64,000 bases of DNA from Haplodiscus bocki. Taxonomy: Eukaryota. The translations under genes and the position numbers were made by a program. Of the stretch, positions 1-12,529 are shown piece by piece. The notes beneath the pieces were generated by a model. The model was given only the letters and a program-made list of their open reading frames with translations. It did not search any database and was not told where the DNA came from. How positions within the stretch are numbered: position 1 is the stretch's first letter; each line of letters opens with the position of its first letter. The stretch covers positions 148,800,001 to 148,864,000 of the forward strand of contig OZ296649.1 of assembly GCA_965655095.1 (NCBI GenBank), read 5' to 3'.

Positions 1-1400
1 TTCGCCGGGGTTTGATATTTTATTATCCGCCTGAAAAACAAATAGTTTATGCTTCAGGCAGTCCATTTTGGTGCGAAAAGGATTTTCGTATAAATTGATT
101 GCACTTTTCAGCTTTCTCAGACTATCAGGTCGCTGATAGAAAGAAAAACTTTGATATGGCAAGACATCCGATTCATAGTAACAGAGAAAATTTAGTGCAA
201 ATAACGAGAATTAAAAATTTTAACTTTCTGTCATCTGGATTCTGAAGCAATAAAAAAACGCTCCATGGCGTTTTCAACAAAGGTTCTACAAAAAGCAAGG
301 TTCCGAATACAAACTTGATGCAAGAAATACAGTATATAGCTCGGTAAATTGTATTTTGACAAACGAAAAGGAAACTCATGACGAATATCACCCAATGGCA
401 CTTTTCGACTATCAGGACGAAGAGCAAAACAGTCAATATGATTTCTGAAAAATGAGCCACCCATAAGAGGCTGCCGACTGCATCCACGGAAGAAATACAG
501 CCGGTAGATTTGGACAAAAGATATTCCACTTATCGAGAAAAAAGCGATTATTTCATTCTTTTTGAAATTTTGACCTATCAGGATTCCAAAGCAAGGACGT
601 CCATCCATTCTTATAGAACAAGGCTCCAAAATTAAAAAGCTGTCTATTGAGAGCTTGATGGAAGAAATAGATCACTTACACTGACAGAAACTTTGTAGGC
701 ACTTGTGGCCCACCAGAATTCTGATGGAAGGAAGGAAGGAAACCATCGATACTTTCCAAATAAACATCTACAATAGGAAACTGCCGATCAGCACCCTAAT
801 GGCAAAAATTGCAGACTTTAGTTTTCTAGAAAATATATTTTTTGTTAGAAAAAACCACGAATAATTGCATTTCTACAACACGAACCCCAAGCAGGAAAAA
901 CAGTCCATTATTTTGCTATGGAAAAACTTTCTACATACAAAATGCTGCCATTTTAGACCGCCTTAAAACAAAATCACCCCGTACTTCGGCAGAAAAGTGA
1001 GTTTAAGAGAAAAATTAACACCTAGCATTTTTGACACATTATGATTCTGATGAAGAGAACAAAACAGTCAATCTTATTTTCCAATAACAATCTCAGAAAG
1101 AAAAACTTAACTGAGATCGTAATGCAAGAAGTTCAGCACATCCTTTCGCACAAAATTGAGTTTGAAAAGCAAGCAGAGACGACAATTTTTACTTTTTGGC
1201 ATTCTCGGACTATACGGGATTCCGCAACAAAGTGCTCTCAAAAACATATTTTAGAAATGTATCTTTTGCGAGTTTAGATCCAGAAAAATACTAGAAGAAA
1301 GACGATCGAAGAGAATCTCAAGGAAAACTGCAATAGTTTGACATGAAAGTTAATGTTAATGGGAAAATTCCAGAAGTAAAAAATTTCTTCGCAAATTTAT
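1..1400. repeat. Diverged dispersed repeat, same family as 15.0-17.3 kb
   Basis: tggcattctcggactat at ~1197 matches ~15794. Degenerate copies at ~115, ~400 and ~570. Confidence 0.45.
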
Positions 1401-1970
1401 AAGGGGAAGAGCTCTTTCAGTTGGGTGGAAATAGGGAGAATTTCCGAGCAGGGAAACGAATACGTCAAACAACCCTAAATATTTAAAAACCTTTTACTTG
1501 GGACAAGAAGTTATCAAAAATGTGTTAAAAGTTTATAAGTAGACATTAAGGACCGCAGTCATCGCGTATAGGTTAAAAGAAGCAGGGCATAAAATGGAAG
1601 GAAGAGAGCAGGCAAGCATTGGTGGCACAAATGTAGTTACAAGGACGTGAGGCAGAAGTGTCAAAATTCAGTTATGTCCTGTCTAGAAGAATGTCAGCGT
1701 TGTCCCGATAATATCTTTCGCGTTCGATATTAAAAAAATGTCGAATGGCATATTTCGGAAGACTTCAGGGTATCGAGGCCAAAAAACTTCAAGATCAACA
1801 TTGTGTGAGCATCGTATTCGTGAATATAAAACGGTTATTGTGTCCGCTTATTGAATGAAATTTTTGCCTACCACCCTTCGCTTATTTGATGCTTCCCTAC
1901 GCTTCAGCGGTCAATAATACACTGGTGTGTGTGAATCAGAATGAAAGTAAGTACAGATTAAATTAAGTAC

Positions 1971-2149
1971 TTGGATGACTTCTACAAAGTTGGATGGGAA
2001 AATTCCGGAAGTTGAGTTTGGATCTGTGGAGAGGAATCCAGTCCACCAATCACCGTCCTTAGAAGTGACACAGACTGTGTCTCCAGCTGCCAATCCCAAA
2101 TCTCCCTCGGCTGTCGCTTCGAACGGGTAATTGGCCCTCACTTTACACA
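1971..2149 (-). CDS. ITSN: Exon encoding an SH3 domain resembling intersectin SH3C
   Basis: Encodes ANYPFEATAEGDLGLAAGDTVCVTSKDGDWWTG..GIFPSNFV. Acceptor ttcatttgcAG at 2151-2150. The 3' boundary is less sure: a weak donor GTACTT at 1970, or read-through to the stop at 1911. Confidence 0.88.
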
Positions 2150-2779
2150 CTGCAAATGAAAACACCTTGTCTCGAATCAACAGTCATTCATCAATCCGTT
2201 CACTAGACATTGATGGAAATTCCGCTTAGACGCCCAAAGAAGCGAAATCAAAAAGCGTGAAAACTTTTCCCCTCTGTTATTTCACCTTCAGACATGTAAT
2301 GACGGATCCAACCGAACCAAAACTTACACTTTTTTTTTACGTTTCGCCATTTTGCAGCCCATTGTTTACGATTGGAACAGTAAACCACGCGGAAAACAAT
2401 AGTACTAGATGACATAAAAAACGATACATTTTAAATTTCAAGTCTCAAAATAGCTGTTGTTGTTGGTGAACCAGGCGGCGAAACTTCTTCTAAGTCATCG
2501 TGTTTAGCCAGTCAATCATTAGAATTGACACTCCCAAATCTGATGCAAGTTGGCAAGTGACCATTTTAAGTTAAAAATATGAAAGTTCTCTAGAGTTATT
2601 TCACCGACATGACGCAATTTAAACTCTGATGATTGAATGAGTGTCAACATTTCAGATATGATTGACAAGAGCGGCAAGAAAATTCAAAAGCATTTCGACG
2701 AGTTGTTTATTATTTACATTTCTGAGAGCTGATATTCTGAACATATTTTGTTTACTTTGGGTCACTTGGTATACCACCA

Positions 2780-3685
2780 GCAGTGTTTCTTATTCAAGAC
2801 ATTGATCACACTGATTTGTAAAACATGATTTTTTAGGAGTCTGTTGTTCAGACCACAAGTTTACAAAATTAGCACTTTTTGCGACGCGAAAATAAACAAC
2901 TACCGGCCAAAAGAGGCCGTTTTTGATCGTTTTGATAACACCATTACTCTTTCATGACTTCACAAAATGCACGTTTTGGACAGGATAAAAAAATACTATC
3001 CATGAGCCGGTTTCCGATTACACATTCTTCCTTTCCGTCAGAATGCGTAAAAAGTTCACTAATACAGTGACTTTTTTTAACCAAAAGCTCCAAAAATTTT
3101 ACGTTTCCGCCTTCAAACAAACGTTGCTCTAGATATTCTCGGTGCTCTAGAGTAGGATGAAGGGATTTTAAGCCGTAGATACAATTTCGAGACTAAGCAA
3201 GTCCAAATGATATCTTTAAATCCAAATGATGAATTTTTAACAGAAGTCTTTTTTTGTATTTTTGTTATATCATCCCCTTGTTTTTCAGATTACCAATCCA
3301 ACATTTTGGGCCGACATAATAATTTTCAGGGTCCCTCTGATCCGAAGTTGTTTTGGGTTGCTAATTTTGACTTGAGAAATATGCAAATTGTCCTAGTATT
3401 AACTTCGCAATTGCACGACCACGTCCATAACTTTTTAACATGACATACAAATCAAACGAATACTTTGGTTAGCTCAACGATAAAGAAGCAGCAGCAGTTT
3501 GCGGTAACTGAATGGTACAAGAAGACCCAAGACTTTTTTGATGGATTGATTCCATCATGAAACAACTTTAACTCGAAAACACCAAAACCAAAACCAGAAC
3601 AAAACTTCACGCGCTGCATTTTTCATGTTATCAGATCAGCGGTGACCAACGCTCTTTTTCGTCACTTTCTTAACTGTTCTTTTTA
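2780..3685 (+). repeat. 906-bp direct duplication, copy A1
   Basis: Near-identical to 4374-5279 (offset 1594). One visible 2-nt difference (gatcgtttt vs gattatttt). Confidence 0.95.
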
Positions 3686-4378
3686 TACAAGTGGCACGTC
3701 TCTATGTATTTTATGGGTAGCGTAATTATTGAATAAAGCAAGCAATTTATAACAGTACCACCTCAATATCTGCTTTTTCCCTTCTTTTCAGTCCCGCTCA
3801 AGTGCAAGTCGTGACCACTAACGGTTTACCTCTTCTGCATCTATCCCCTAACCACGTAGTCTATTAGAGACAATCAGAAGGGATAACGGGGATACACTTC
3901 ACCTTGTACCGTGCGTAGGGGGAGGAGTGTTCAAGTGGGGGGTAAGGTATATAGCAACAGCGGTAGCACTTTCAACGAGAAGCGGATCCCCAAATGTCAA
4001 GACGTTGATAATAATTTAATGCCTTGTTTCTGCCTCAATTGCTGTCTTATTTTTACTCGCTAGTATTTTTTGTCTTTCATTTTCAGACAATCAGAGCGTA
4101 CGTTACCTATAGCGGAGGCGCAGTTATCAAATACAGCAAGGTATAATTGGTGTCGCTATAAAAGGTATTGTATAATGGTGTAGAATGGTAACCCCATCGG
4201 TCTTATGTTTCTCTAACCCCAGGTTGGTACAACCAGAAATAAAAGTAGCCAATTAAGATAGCAGCAAATGTTCACTTTCTGTGCAGCGTGCTTTACAGTT
4301 CGATGGTACAGTACACATCAACTGTATTTTCGTTGAATTACAGATACGTGCATAGTGATGAGCATCCTTAACTGCAGT
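3680..4378 (+). repeat. 699-bp segment B1 between the A copies, a copy of 6544-7242
   Basis: Near-identical to 6544-7242 (offset 2864). One visible substitution (tacagtacac vs tacagcacac). Confidence 0.95.
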
Positions 4379-5279
4379 GTTTCTTATTCAAGACATTGAT
4401 CACACTGATTTGTAAAACATGATTTTTTAGGAGTCTGTTGTTCAGACCACAAGTTTACAAAATTAGCACTTTTTGCGACGCGAAAATAAACAACTACCGG
4501 CCAAAAGAGGCCGTTTTTGATTATTTTGATAACACCATTACTCTTTCATGACTTCACAAAATGCACGTTTTGGACAGGATAAAAAAATACTATCCATGAG
4601 CCGGTTTCCGATTACACATTCTTCCTTTCCGTCAGAATGCGTAAAAAGTTCACTAATACAGTGACTTTTTTTAACCAAAAGCTCCAAAAATTTTACGTTT
4701 CCGCCTTCAAACAAACGTTGCTCTAGATATTCTCGGTGCTCTAGAGTAGGATGAAGGGATTTTAAGCCGTAGATACAATTTCGAGACTAAGCAAGTCCAA
4801 ATGATATCTTTAAATCCAAATGATGAATTTTTAACAGAAGTCTTTTTTTGTATTTTTGTTATATCATCCCCTTGTTTTTCAGATTACCAATCCAACATTT
4901 TGGGCCGACATAATAATTTTCAGGGTCCCTCTGATCCGAAGTTGTTTTGGGTTGCTAATTTTGACTTGAGAAATATGCAAATTGTCCTAGTATTAACTTC
5001 GCAATTGCACGACCACGTCCATAACTTTTTAACATGACATACAAATCAAACGAATACTTTGGTTAGCTCAACGATAAAGAAGCAGCAGCAGTTTGCGGTA
5101 ACTGAATGGTACAAGAAGACCCAAGACTTTTTTGATGGATTGATTCCATCATGAAACAACTTTAACTCGAAAACACCAAAACCAAAACCAGAACAAAACT
5201 TCACGCGCTGCATTTTTCATGTTATCAGATCAGCGGTGACCAACGCTCTTTTTCGTCACTTTCTTAACTGTTCTTTTTA
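4374..5279 (+). repeat. 906-bp direct duplication, copy A2
   Basis: Near-identical to 2780-3685. Confidence 0.95.
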
Positions 5280-5825
5280 CAATGCTTTCTTTTGACACTA
5301 CATTTTACACTACTTTTCCATATACAAGGACTAACACAACTGTCGGGAATAAAATTTAGCACAAGATAAACTCCACAAACAGTGGTGTCCAGCAGAGGTG
5401 GCATTTATATATGCACAACAATTCTCGAAAATATGCTATTGATCAGAATGAGGGATTTTTGTCTGAGATATGAATTGAATTATAGGGGATGCTTCAAAAA
5501 TGCAACAAATACGCGACATATTCACAAACTTCAGGAAAGTCATTAATATTTTTGCTTGATGTGCAACTCGCAACATTTTCTTCATAATTCCTCATCAAAA
5601 AATTCTATGAAATTGTAAAAATAGTACCAGATTTTTTTCAGAAATATACTCCCAACAAATGGACTTTTGAAGCTTCTCGAAATTTTAAACGAAAATCAAG
5701 AAAATTCTGAAAAACATGAACTGATTTATGCAAACTTTAAACATGCAATTTTTTCAGTTTTGGCAGAATAGGCTGGAAATTATGCAAAGCATATAAATGC
5801 CATCCCTGTTGTCTGGCCTACTAAC

Positions 5826-6043
5826 GTATTTGAGGGGAGGCTGCTGCGGATGAAGAGGTAGAAGAAGAAAATTGGGTAAGAGATGAAGATTTGTGATTGA
5901 ATTGATTGTGGTCTGTTGTTGTTACAGTAGAGGTGAAATTAGCAGAAGCGTTGCTGGCCCCCCCGTTGGCAGCATTTGTTGAAGAAAGTTGGCCACTAAA
6001 CAAATTCTGCTGCGGCTGTGACGTAGATACTGCCGCCGATGGC
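5826..6043 (-). CDS. ITSN: Ser/Thr/Asn-rich inter-SH3 linker exon
   Basis: Acceptor tcttcttgctttttaAG at 6045-6044, donor GTTAGT at 5825-5820. Phase 2 in and phase 1 out, joining both SH3 exons in frame (..RRLDSK-PSAAVS.. and ..SPQI-L-CKVRANY..). Confidence 0.82.
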
Positions 6044-6543
6044 CTTAAAAAGCAAGAAGACGACTTTGCATACACATGACTTGTTTTGACAGCTGAACAA
6101 AGTAAGTTATATTCACAGCAGGGTCGTTTCAATTAGCTGCCCCAGTCTTGCGGGTACAATCAGTTCTATTAGAACAAAATGAATATTTCTCCTTCGAAGG
6201 AAAAAGAAAACAAAACCAAGCACGGAGGATGAAATGGAAGTTGATTGAAAATTCAGTCTGAGATTCGCACCTATTCATTAAGAAGCTTTAAGAAGCTGCG
6301 ACAGTCACGAATTGTTCTATTTCTTGATAGCTGCAGCAATTCTTGACCAACATTTGAGCGCCCATTGAAGCAGCATTAAGGAAAAAAAGAATAGAAGAAT
6401 GCTGTTTTGTATAAAACTCTCAAATGATAAAAAGTGTTCTAAAAATAAAAGGAACAAGTTGTACCCAGAGGGGATACAATCTTTTCCTACGGGTGTTGAA
6501 ATGTTAAATCTAGTACAGGTACGGTATAGCTAGTTGGTAGTAG

Positions 6544-7242
6544 TTTTTATACAAGTGGCACGTCTCTATGTATTTTATGGGTAGCGTAATTATTGAATAA
6601 AGCAAGCAATTTATAACAGTACCACCTCAATATCTGCTTTTTCCCTTCTTTTCAGTCCCGCTCAAGTGCAAGTCGTGACCACTAACGGTTTACCTCTTCT
6701 GCATCTATCCCCTAACCACGTAGTCTATTAGAGACAATCAGAAGGGATAACGGGGATACACTTCACCTTGTACCGTGCGTAGGGGGAGGAGTGTTCAAGT
6801 GGGGGGTAAGGTATATAGCAACAGCGGTAGCACTTTCAACGAGAAGCGGATCCCCAAATGTCAAGACGTTGATAATAATTTAATGCCTTGTTTCTGCCTC
6901 AATTGCTGTCTTATTTTTACTCGCTAGTATTTTTTGTCTTTCATTTTCAGACAATCAGAGCGTACGTTACCTATAGCGGAGGCGCAGTTATCAAATACAG
7001 CAAGGTATAATTGGTGTCGCTATAAAAGGTATTGTATAATGGTGTAGAATGGTAACCCCATCGGTCTTATGTTTCTCTAACCCCAGGTTGGTACAACCAG
7101 AAATAAAAGTAGCCAATTAAGATAGCAGCAAATGTTCACTTTCTGTGCAGCGTGCTTTACAGTTCGATGGTACAGCACACATCAACTGTATTTTCGTTGA
7201 ATTACAGATACGTGCATAGTGATGAGCATCCTTAACTGCAGT
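6544..7242 (+). repeat. 699-bp segment B2 (likely donor of B1)
   Basis: Matches 3680-4378 and has unique flanks on both sides. Confidence 0.92.
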
Positions 7243-10039
7243 CAGTCCATCTCTTGTATACGCACGTTATGCTCATCACGTATCTTTATCATAACAGAAC
7301 CATTAAATCAGAGCAACTCGCTCCTCAATTTGTCTTTTCTACCTATACCCGTTACAACAAATGACATCTGTAAAAGACAGTATCCATACGTGCGCTGCAT
7401 ACTCTAGGACTTCTACCCTTTCAATTAATCGCTTCTCCCAAATACTTTCAGATTCTCTACTCATATAGATAGTCTACAAGACAACCGATGTTTCCTGCCA
7501 AACTCTCCCATATCTACTTCCATGGCCAAGCTGGTCTTTTTCATTTTATTCCTAATCAATTCAATTTCTCTGCATAATACATGCGATCAAAAGCGGAGTC
7601 TTGTGCGTTCTCTAACTGATTTGACAGGACCTTTTCATCGCAACCGAGTCCGCGAGAAAAATCCTTGAAACGTGTCTGTAATGTCGGAGCGGTCGGCAAG
7701 GCAGATTTTTATACAATTCAGGAGTCATTTGTGGTGCTTTCAGTTCTAAATTTTTGGTTTAAATTTAGATGCAATCGTAAATCACAACAGTTTTCTCTGG
7801 AGGGTTAACTCAAAGAAAATAGATTGTTGAAGATTAAATTACGTTTATAATATAAAAAGGCGAAAAGAGTGCTGAGCATATCTCATTTATTGAAGTTAGT
7901 CATGCGGCTAGAAAGATCTTTGATTCTTTGGTGATCTGGCTTCCTCTCATTGGCCCGTGACTGTGATTGGTTCACGTCGTCTTTGGAATAGGTCGTTCAT
8001 CTGATGCTGTTTCTTTAAGATATTAAGATATCATGATAGATATCATGACAGTGTCAAATCAATTTTCGACTCTAGCATAAGTAGGCTTGAAATTGGTTCA
8101 ATACACATATCATTTTAACCCACGTTCATTCCAACCCAAAATCATTTCACCCCAAGTATAATCAGCACCATTTTGCTGAAAATGTCAAAATTATTTTATG
8201 AAAGAGTCTTGAACTAATTATCGGTAATTAGCAAGTAAATTACTAAAATAGCAATTGAAACTGAAATAGCCCAATAAAATGCAACTTAAGTCAATTTTTT
8301 GCGACAAAATTTTCGGAATCTCTCAACTCCGGTAGTACATCCAAATGAATAACTATGGTAATAGCAGTATAAGCCGTGGTTTATTTCCGGTCCACAGAGG
8401 GGCAATACAAAAATTGAAGGCATTTGGAAGAAAAGTACTTCGTCAGAATGGTTCGAAAGGTTCTTCAAGCTCGGAATCACTTACGGCTAGCAACGTTTAT
8501 TCCAAATCAACACGCGATAAATTCTCGAAAAGGTTACTTGTCATGCCAGCATGAGGGAGATAGTACATATCTACATATCCCTAAATTTACGCTATGTTAC
8601 ATATGCATGAAGCCTTCATGAATACTAAGATCTTAATGCAAGTTCTATAGCCACTAATCGCATAACGGTATAAATGCAACAATGTACTATTACTTCCTTT
8701 ACCCAGGTAAAACAGGCATTATGTACTATTTAAACAACCACATGTATTATCTACCAGACATTTCTGAGCTAATAAAGGTATATTCATCCATCGAACACCA
8801 AAGTTCTGAAAAAAATCCATGAAAATGACAAATTCCGATGAAGGCTCAAATATGCTAGTACAGACAAAAAGACACCAGTCAACTCCAACGAGAACATCAA
8901 AAAGCCACTGCAAGTACCCCGTGTATCGGCCCCACAGACTAAATAAAGAAGAAACAATAAATGAGCTGGAATACGTTTTCATCGGAAAACATCCGTTCGA
9001 TGTTTTCACACCATTAGTCTACTCTGCGCAGTAAAGACATAACTCTAATTGAAAAGACAACAAACATGAAAATAAAAACGATGACAGAACACATTATTGG
9101 CCAATACAAAAATCACCAGTTTACATCCGAGTGGTGTAAACAACTTACAGTGCAGTAACAAGTACCTAGAAGTTCATCGGTTTTCATCCATGTGGAAACC
9201 TTCTGTAAGGACTGCTACTTCGATTTAAACTTTCATCTGTTTCCAACTGAGGGATGAAAACCACACCCTCAGATGACGATTTTGGAATTCAAAAGTTTTC
9301 ATCGAAAACTTTGTATATGGTGATTCAAACTGTCGTACTGCCAATTTGAAAATTATAGTGAGCTAATGGAACTGGACTACTGTTAAACTATATCGGAAAT
9401 GATTTACCTTACGAAAGACAAACGAATGCACCAACAGTATATCTGAATATTATAATGAGGAAAAATGATGAAATCCGATGGAAAAGAAAACGTTTAAAAC
9501 GGATACAGTAGAACGCTACGACCATCATTTGAGCATATGAAGTAGCAAAACACTTACATTAATCGAATATTCAGTTGATGCCATAATTGAATATTATAAA
9601 ACTACGACGCATTTCATTTATACAGTCCGCCATATTGGATACATGCAAATTTGTTGCGCTAAATTCACATAAATATGCTACATGATTACAGACATCACAA
9701 TTTGCGGTGAATTTGCTCTCACACCTCAATTAATTAATTAGCAGAGTAAATAACGAGCCATGACAACGATCCGATGGTGAGAATTGCGTCTTACCATCGC
9801 TCATGTGACCACGCAGATCCATCAAAAGCCAAATCAAATTCAATGCTATCAAATGAACAGAGCTTACGCAAAAGTCACTAGTCCTGATTCTTCATTTGAG
9901 CAGATTACACACACAACCTCACTAGCCTTGCCTTTACCAGATACGCCGTTTGTAGACATCGATAATATTTAGACACGTTTTGTAAGTACTCAGAAAATTC
10001 ATCAAAATCTATGGAAACAAATTCAAGTCTTCCTCACTT

Positions 10040-10441
10040 GCTTGCCAGTTTTCAACACGAAGAGAACTAAGAAACGGTAAAAGATACAACACGTTCGCAA
10101 ATAACAGAATGAATGAAACTAACAGTTACGAAACTAACGACCTCCTGACTGCTCATAGAGGCAACGCCGACTCTGAATCCGAAGCACGCATCCTGATACA
10201 ACAAAAGGTGATGAACAGCTTAGGAGCTACATCGCTCCCTGGACCAGACAGCTTAGAGAATTTGACTCGGCTGATCCAAGGGATGTCGAGTGTTCATCAA
10301 CAAAATCTTTCCCCAAGAGCGATTACCAATGCTAATTCTAGCGCAGCCAGCAAGGCGTCTGACATCGCGACAGGAGGCACAAGAACCTTGCCCGACATCA
10401 GTCCATGTAATACTCCATCTGTGCTTGGTAGTCTCACCTGA
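10040..10441 (+). other. Possible retroelement gag-N-terminus-like remnant
   Basis: Reads RRELRNGKRYN..LENLTRLIQGM. The LRNGK motif resembles gag N-termini, but there is no diagnostic domain. Confidence 0.25.
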
Positions 10442-10666
10442 TTCCCACTGTATCACTTTATTAAGACATTAAATTTGGACTCAGTTTGAAAACACTGAGC
10501 TGATAAGAGTCGTCGGCTATCGGATCTGTGTTATGAAAAAAGCGCTCAGCTCACAAACAGTCATCGATATGTAGAATTTCCAACCAATTTCTTGAACTCT
10601 TTATCTATCAAAGTTTTCACAAAATGATGAAGTGATTACAATAATTCAACGTGATTATTTTCTTAC

Positions 10667-10985
10667 TTTGAATCCAATCTGCGAGTATAGTTCTGGGGGA
10701 ACCAGCCTCCGACTCCGTTGAGGAAGCCAGCGAGCCAAGGCTCTTCCAGGTTCTGCTGAGCCGACGCGGCGATGATGTCACCTGCCTTAAAAGGAAGATC
10801 TCCTTCGTCACTGGTGGCGAAGTCGTAAATTGCTTCAAAATACACTTCTGACACTGTTGCTGTTTCCGCTGTTGCAGGTACAGTACTGGAAGAGAGTACA
10901 GTTGTATCTTCACTAGTAGCCGCGAATGAGGTGGATGTTGACATCTTTAGTGTATTTTGTTGCTTGTTCAAGTTGAAATTAGTGG
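10667..10985 (-). CDS. ITSN: Exon encoding an SH3 domain resembling intersectin SH3A
   Basis: Encodes YFEAIYDF..DEGDLPFKAGDII..EEPWLAGFLNGVGGWFPQNY. Acceptor ctctttAG at 10987-10986, donor GTAAGA at 10666-10661. Ends in phase 2, matching the next exon (AA+G=Lys). Confidence 0.88.
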
Positions 10986-11368
10986 CTAAAGAGATGATCA
11001 AAGTTCAGTCAAACGGTCAGTCAAGTAATACACCTTGCTTTAAAATCATTAAAAAGAATCAGCATAAATTTGTTCGTCTCCTGCTGAACAGAAACATCCA
11101 TTTGGTCACAATCATGAGGCTTTCTTTTTAGTTTTTCGAAAGTAAACATTGTGCTTATTAAAAATTAGGATCTTGTTAAGATTAAACCCCCCAAATAGGC
11201 CTTGTTAACTTTAAACCCCCCAGTTTTGACCAACTAAAGTTAAAACCCCCCAGTTTTGACCAACTTAAGTATCCACCCCCAACTTATTTGACTCATATTG
11301 CCTTATTTGACTCAAAATAAGAAAAATGCTCTAAACACGATAAAAAAGTGAAATATGCTCAACAAAAT

Positions 11369-11788
11369 TCAAGAAAAAGTTTCCTTCATATTCAAAAGTT
11401 CAATTGGATGAGCTTGGAGAAATTGACTGCAAACTTGACGGAAGATGATGAACAAGTTGACCAATGTGGGGATGCTGACCTTTGTGAGGTCTCGAATGTG
11501 CGTCTCAGAATCATGGGTTGACCATAAGTAGAGCACATGGAAGTACATCTTGAGAGACAACCTGGAGTTTTCGAAAATGCTGCCTTTTCGAATCGTTGTG
11601 GTGGCTCCTTTCTTCTTAGTGCATTTCCTGTTGATGCATCTCCAATCGTAGCCATCTCCAAGTTTGCTGTTCTTTGTCCACGACATTGGGTTGGAACAGT
11701 GCTCACAGTCCATTGATGAGGATAGCAATATGTGGTTTTTCAACCATAGGATCAACGGGTCATTTGATTCAGCAGTAACGAGAGGCAA
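11369..11788 (-). pseudogene. Merlin transposase N-terminal half (Zn-ribbon + HTH); DDE domain absent
   Basis: CEHC..DGYDWRC..C..TIRKGSIFENSRLSL..LYLW matches the Merlin/ISXO2 N-terminus. The ORF ends where the VEIDES catalytic motif would begin. Confidence 0.85.
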
Positions 11789-11899
11789 TATAACGTTCGA
11801 GTAGTATTAACTGGTACTTATTACACAGCTTATTATTATGTAATATAAGTTAGAATTGAGGCAATTTTGTTTGTATTCGAGCGCAATTTTTAATCTTTA

Positions 11900-11990
11900 A
11901 AAGTTAACTTTTAATTTATAAAAAAGTGTTAATTTATAAAAAGTTAACACTTTTAATTTATAAAAAAGTGTTTATTTATAAAAATTTACA
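11900..11990. repeat. Short AT-rich tandem repeats (ttaatttataaaaa(a)gt) inside the Merlin element
   Basis: About four imperfect copies of atttataaaa. Confidence 0.7.
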
Positions 11991-12179
11991 CCCCCTAATA
12001 AAGTTAACACCCCCCAAATCTGACCAACTTAAATATGCACCCCCATCCTGGTGTGGGGGGTTTAATCTTAACAATATCCAAAACAAGATTGCACATGGTT
12101 ATTTACATGAAGCGATTACTTGCATCCGTTTTTGATGATTCGGTATTTTTCCGGTATTTAAGGCTGATTTGATGCTAAC

Positions 12180-12529
12180 TATGGTTAATATTCCTTTCCA
12201 TAATTTCTCCTTGTATGCCGAATGCAGCATTGGAGGAAGATTTTTTGGTGGTACAGAATAAATCTTCAGCTTTGAAAGGGTCGCTGCCGGCCATTGTAGT
12301 AGATGCAAACGGATCTGCAGCAGGGTCCACAGACGCAGCGCTGGAGACTGATTGGAAGAAGTTATCGGCCCCATTTTGCGCAGAGAAAGCATTGGCAGAT
12401 GCAAAAGGGTCACTGCTGTTATTGACACCAAAACCAGTACCTCCTGCTCCTCCCCCAAATGCATCGCCAGAAGAATCCGCTCGTCTGGGTTTCGACGCAG
12501 CATCCAATGCAGACTTTGTAGTGAAGTCA
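12180..12529 (-). CDS. ITSN: Internal exon of intersectin-like gene: low-complexity region with three DPF motifs
   Basis: Acceptor tgtttcAG at 12531-12530 and donor GTTAGC at 12179-12174 (minus strand). Encodes SDPFAS, ADPFAS, SDPFKA. Ends in phase 1, matching the phase-1 start of exon 10985-10667 (A+CC=Thr). Confidence 0.75.

Larger units (their letters stand above)
11168..12079 (-). mobile_element. Merlin-superfamily (IS1016/ISXO2-like) DNA transposon, internally deleted and non-autonomous
   Basis: 26-bp TIRs ggatcttgttaagattaaacccccca / tggggggtttaatcttaacaatatcc (1 mismatch) with GG...CC termini. Subterminal ccccccagttttgaccaact repeats. Contains a transposase fragment. No clean TSD. Confidence 0.85.

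Noticed and set aside
173-1277. ORFs of 78-132 aa
   Set aside because: No domain or splice support; they lie in diverged repeat sequence.
2780-5279. LTR element (TRIM) with A copies as LTRs
   Set aside because: No TG...CA ends or TSD, and the interior is a local copy of 6544-7242 joined by microhomology.
6781-6810. PPT followed by TG (agggggaggagTG) as an LTR start
   Set aside because: No matching CA end or TSD identified.
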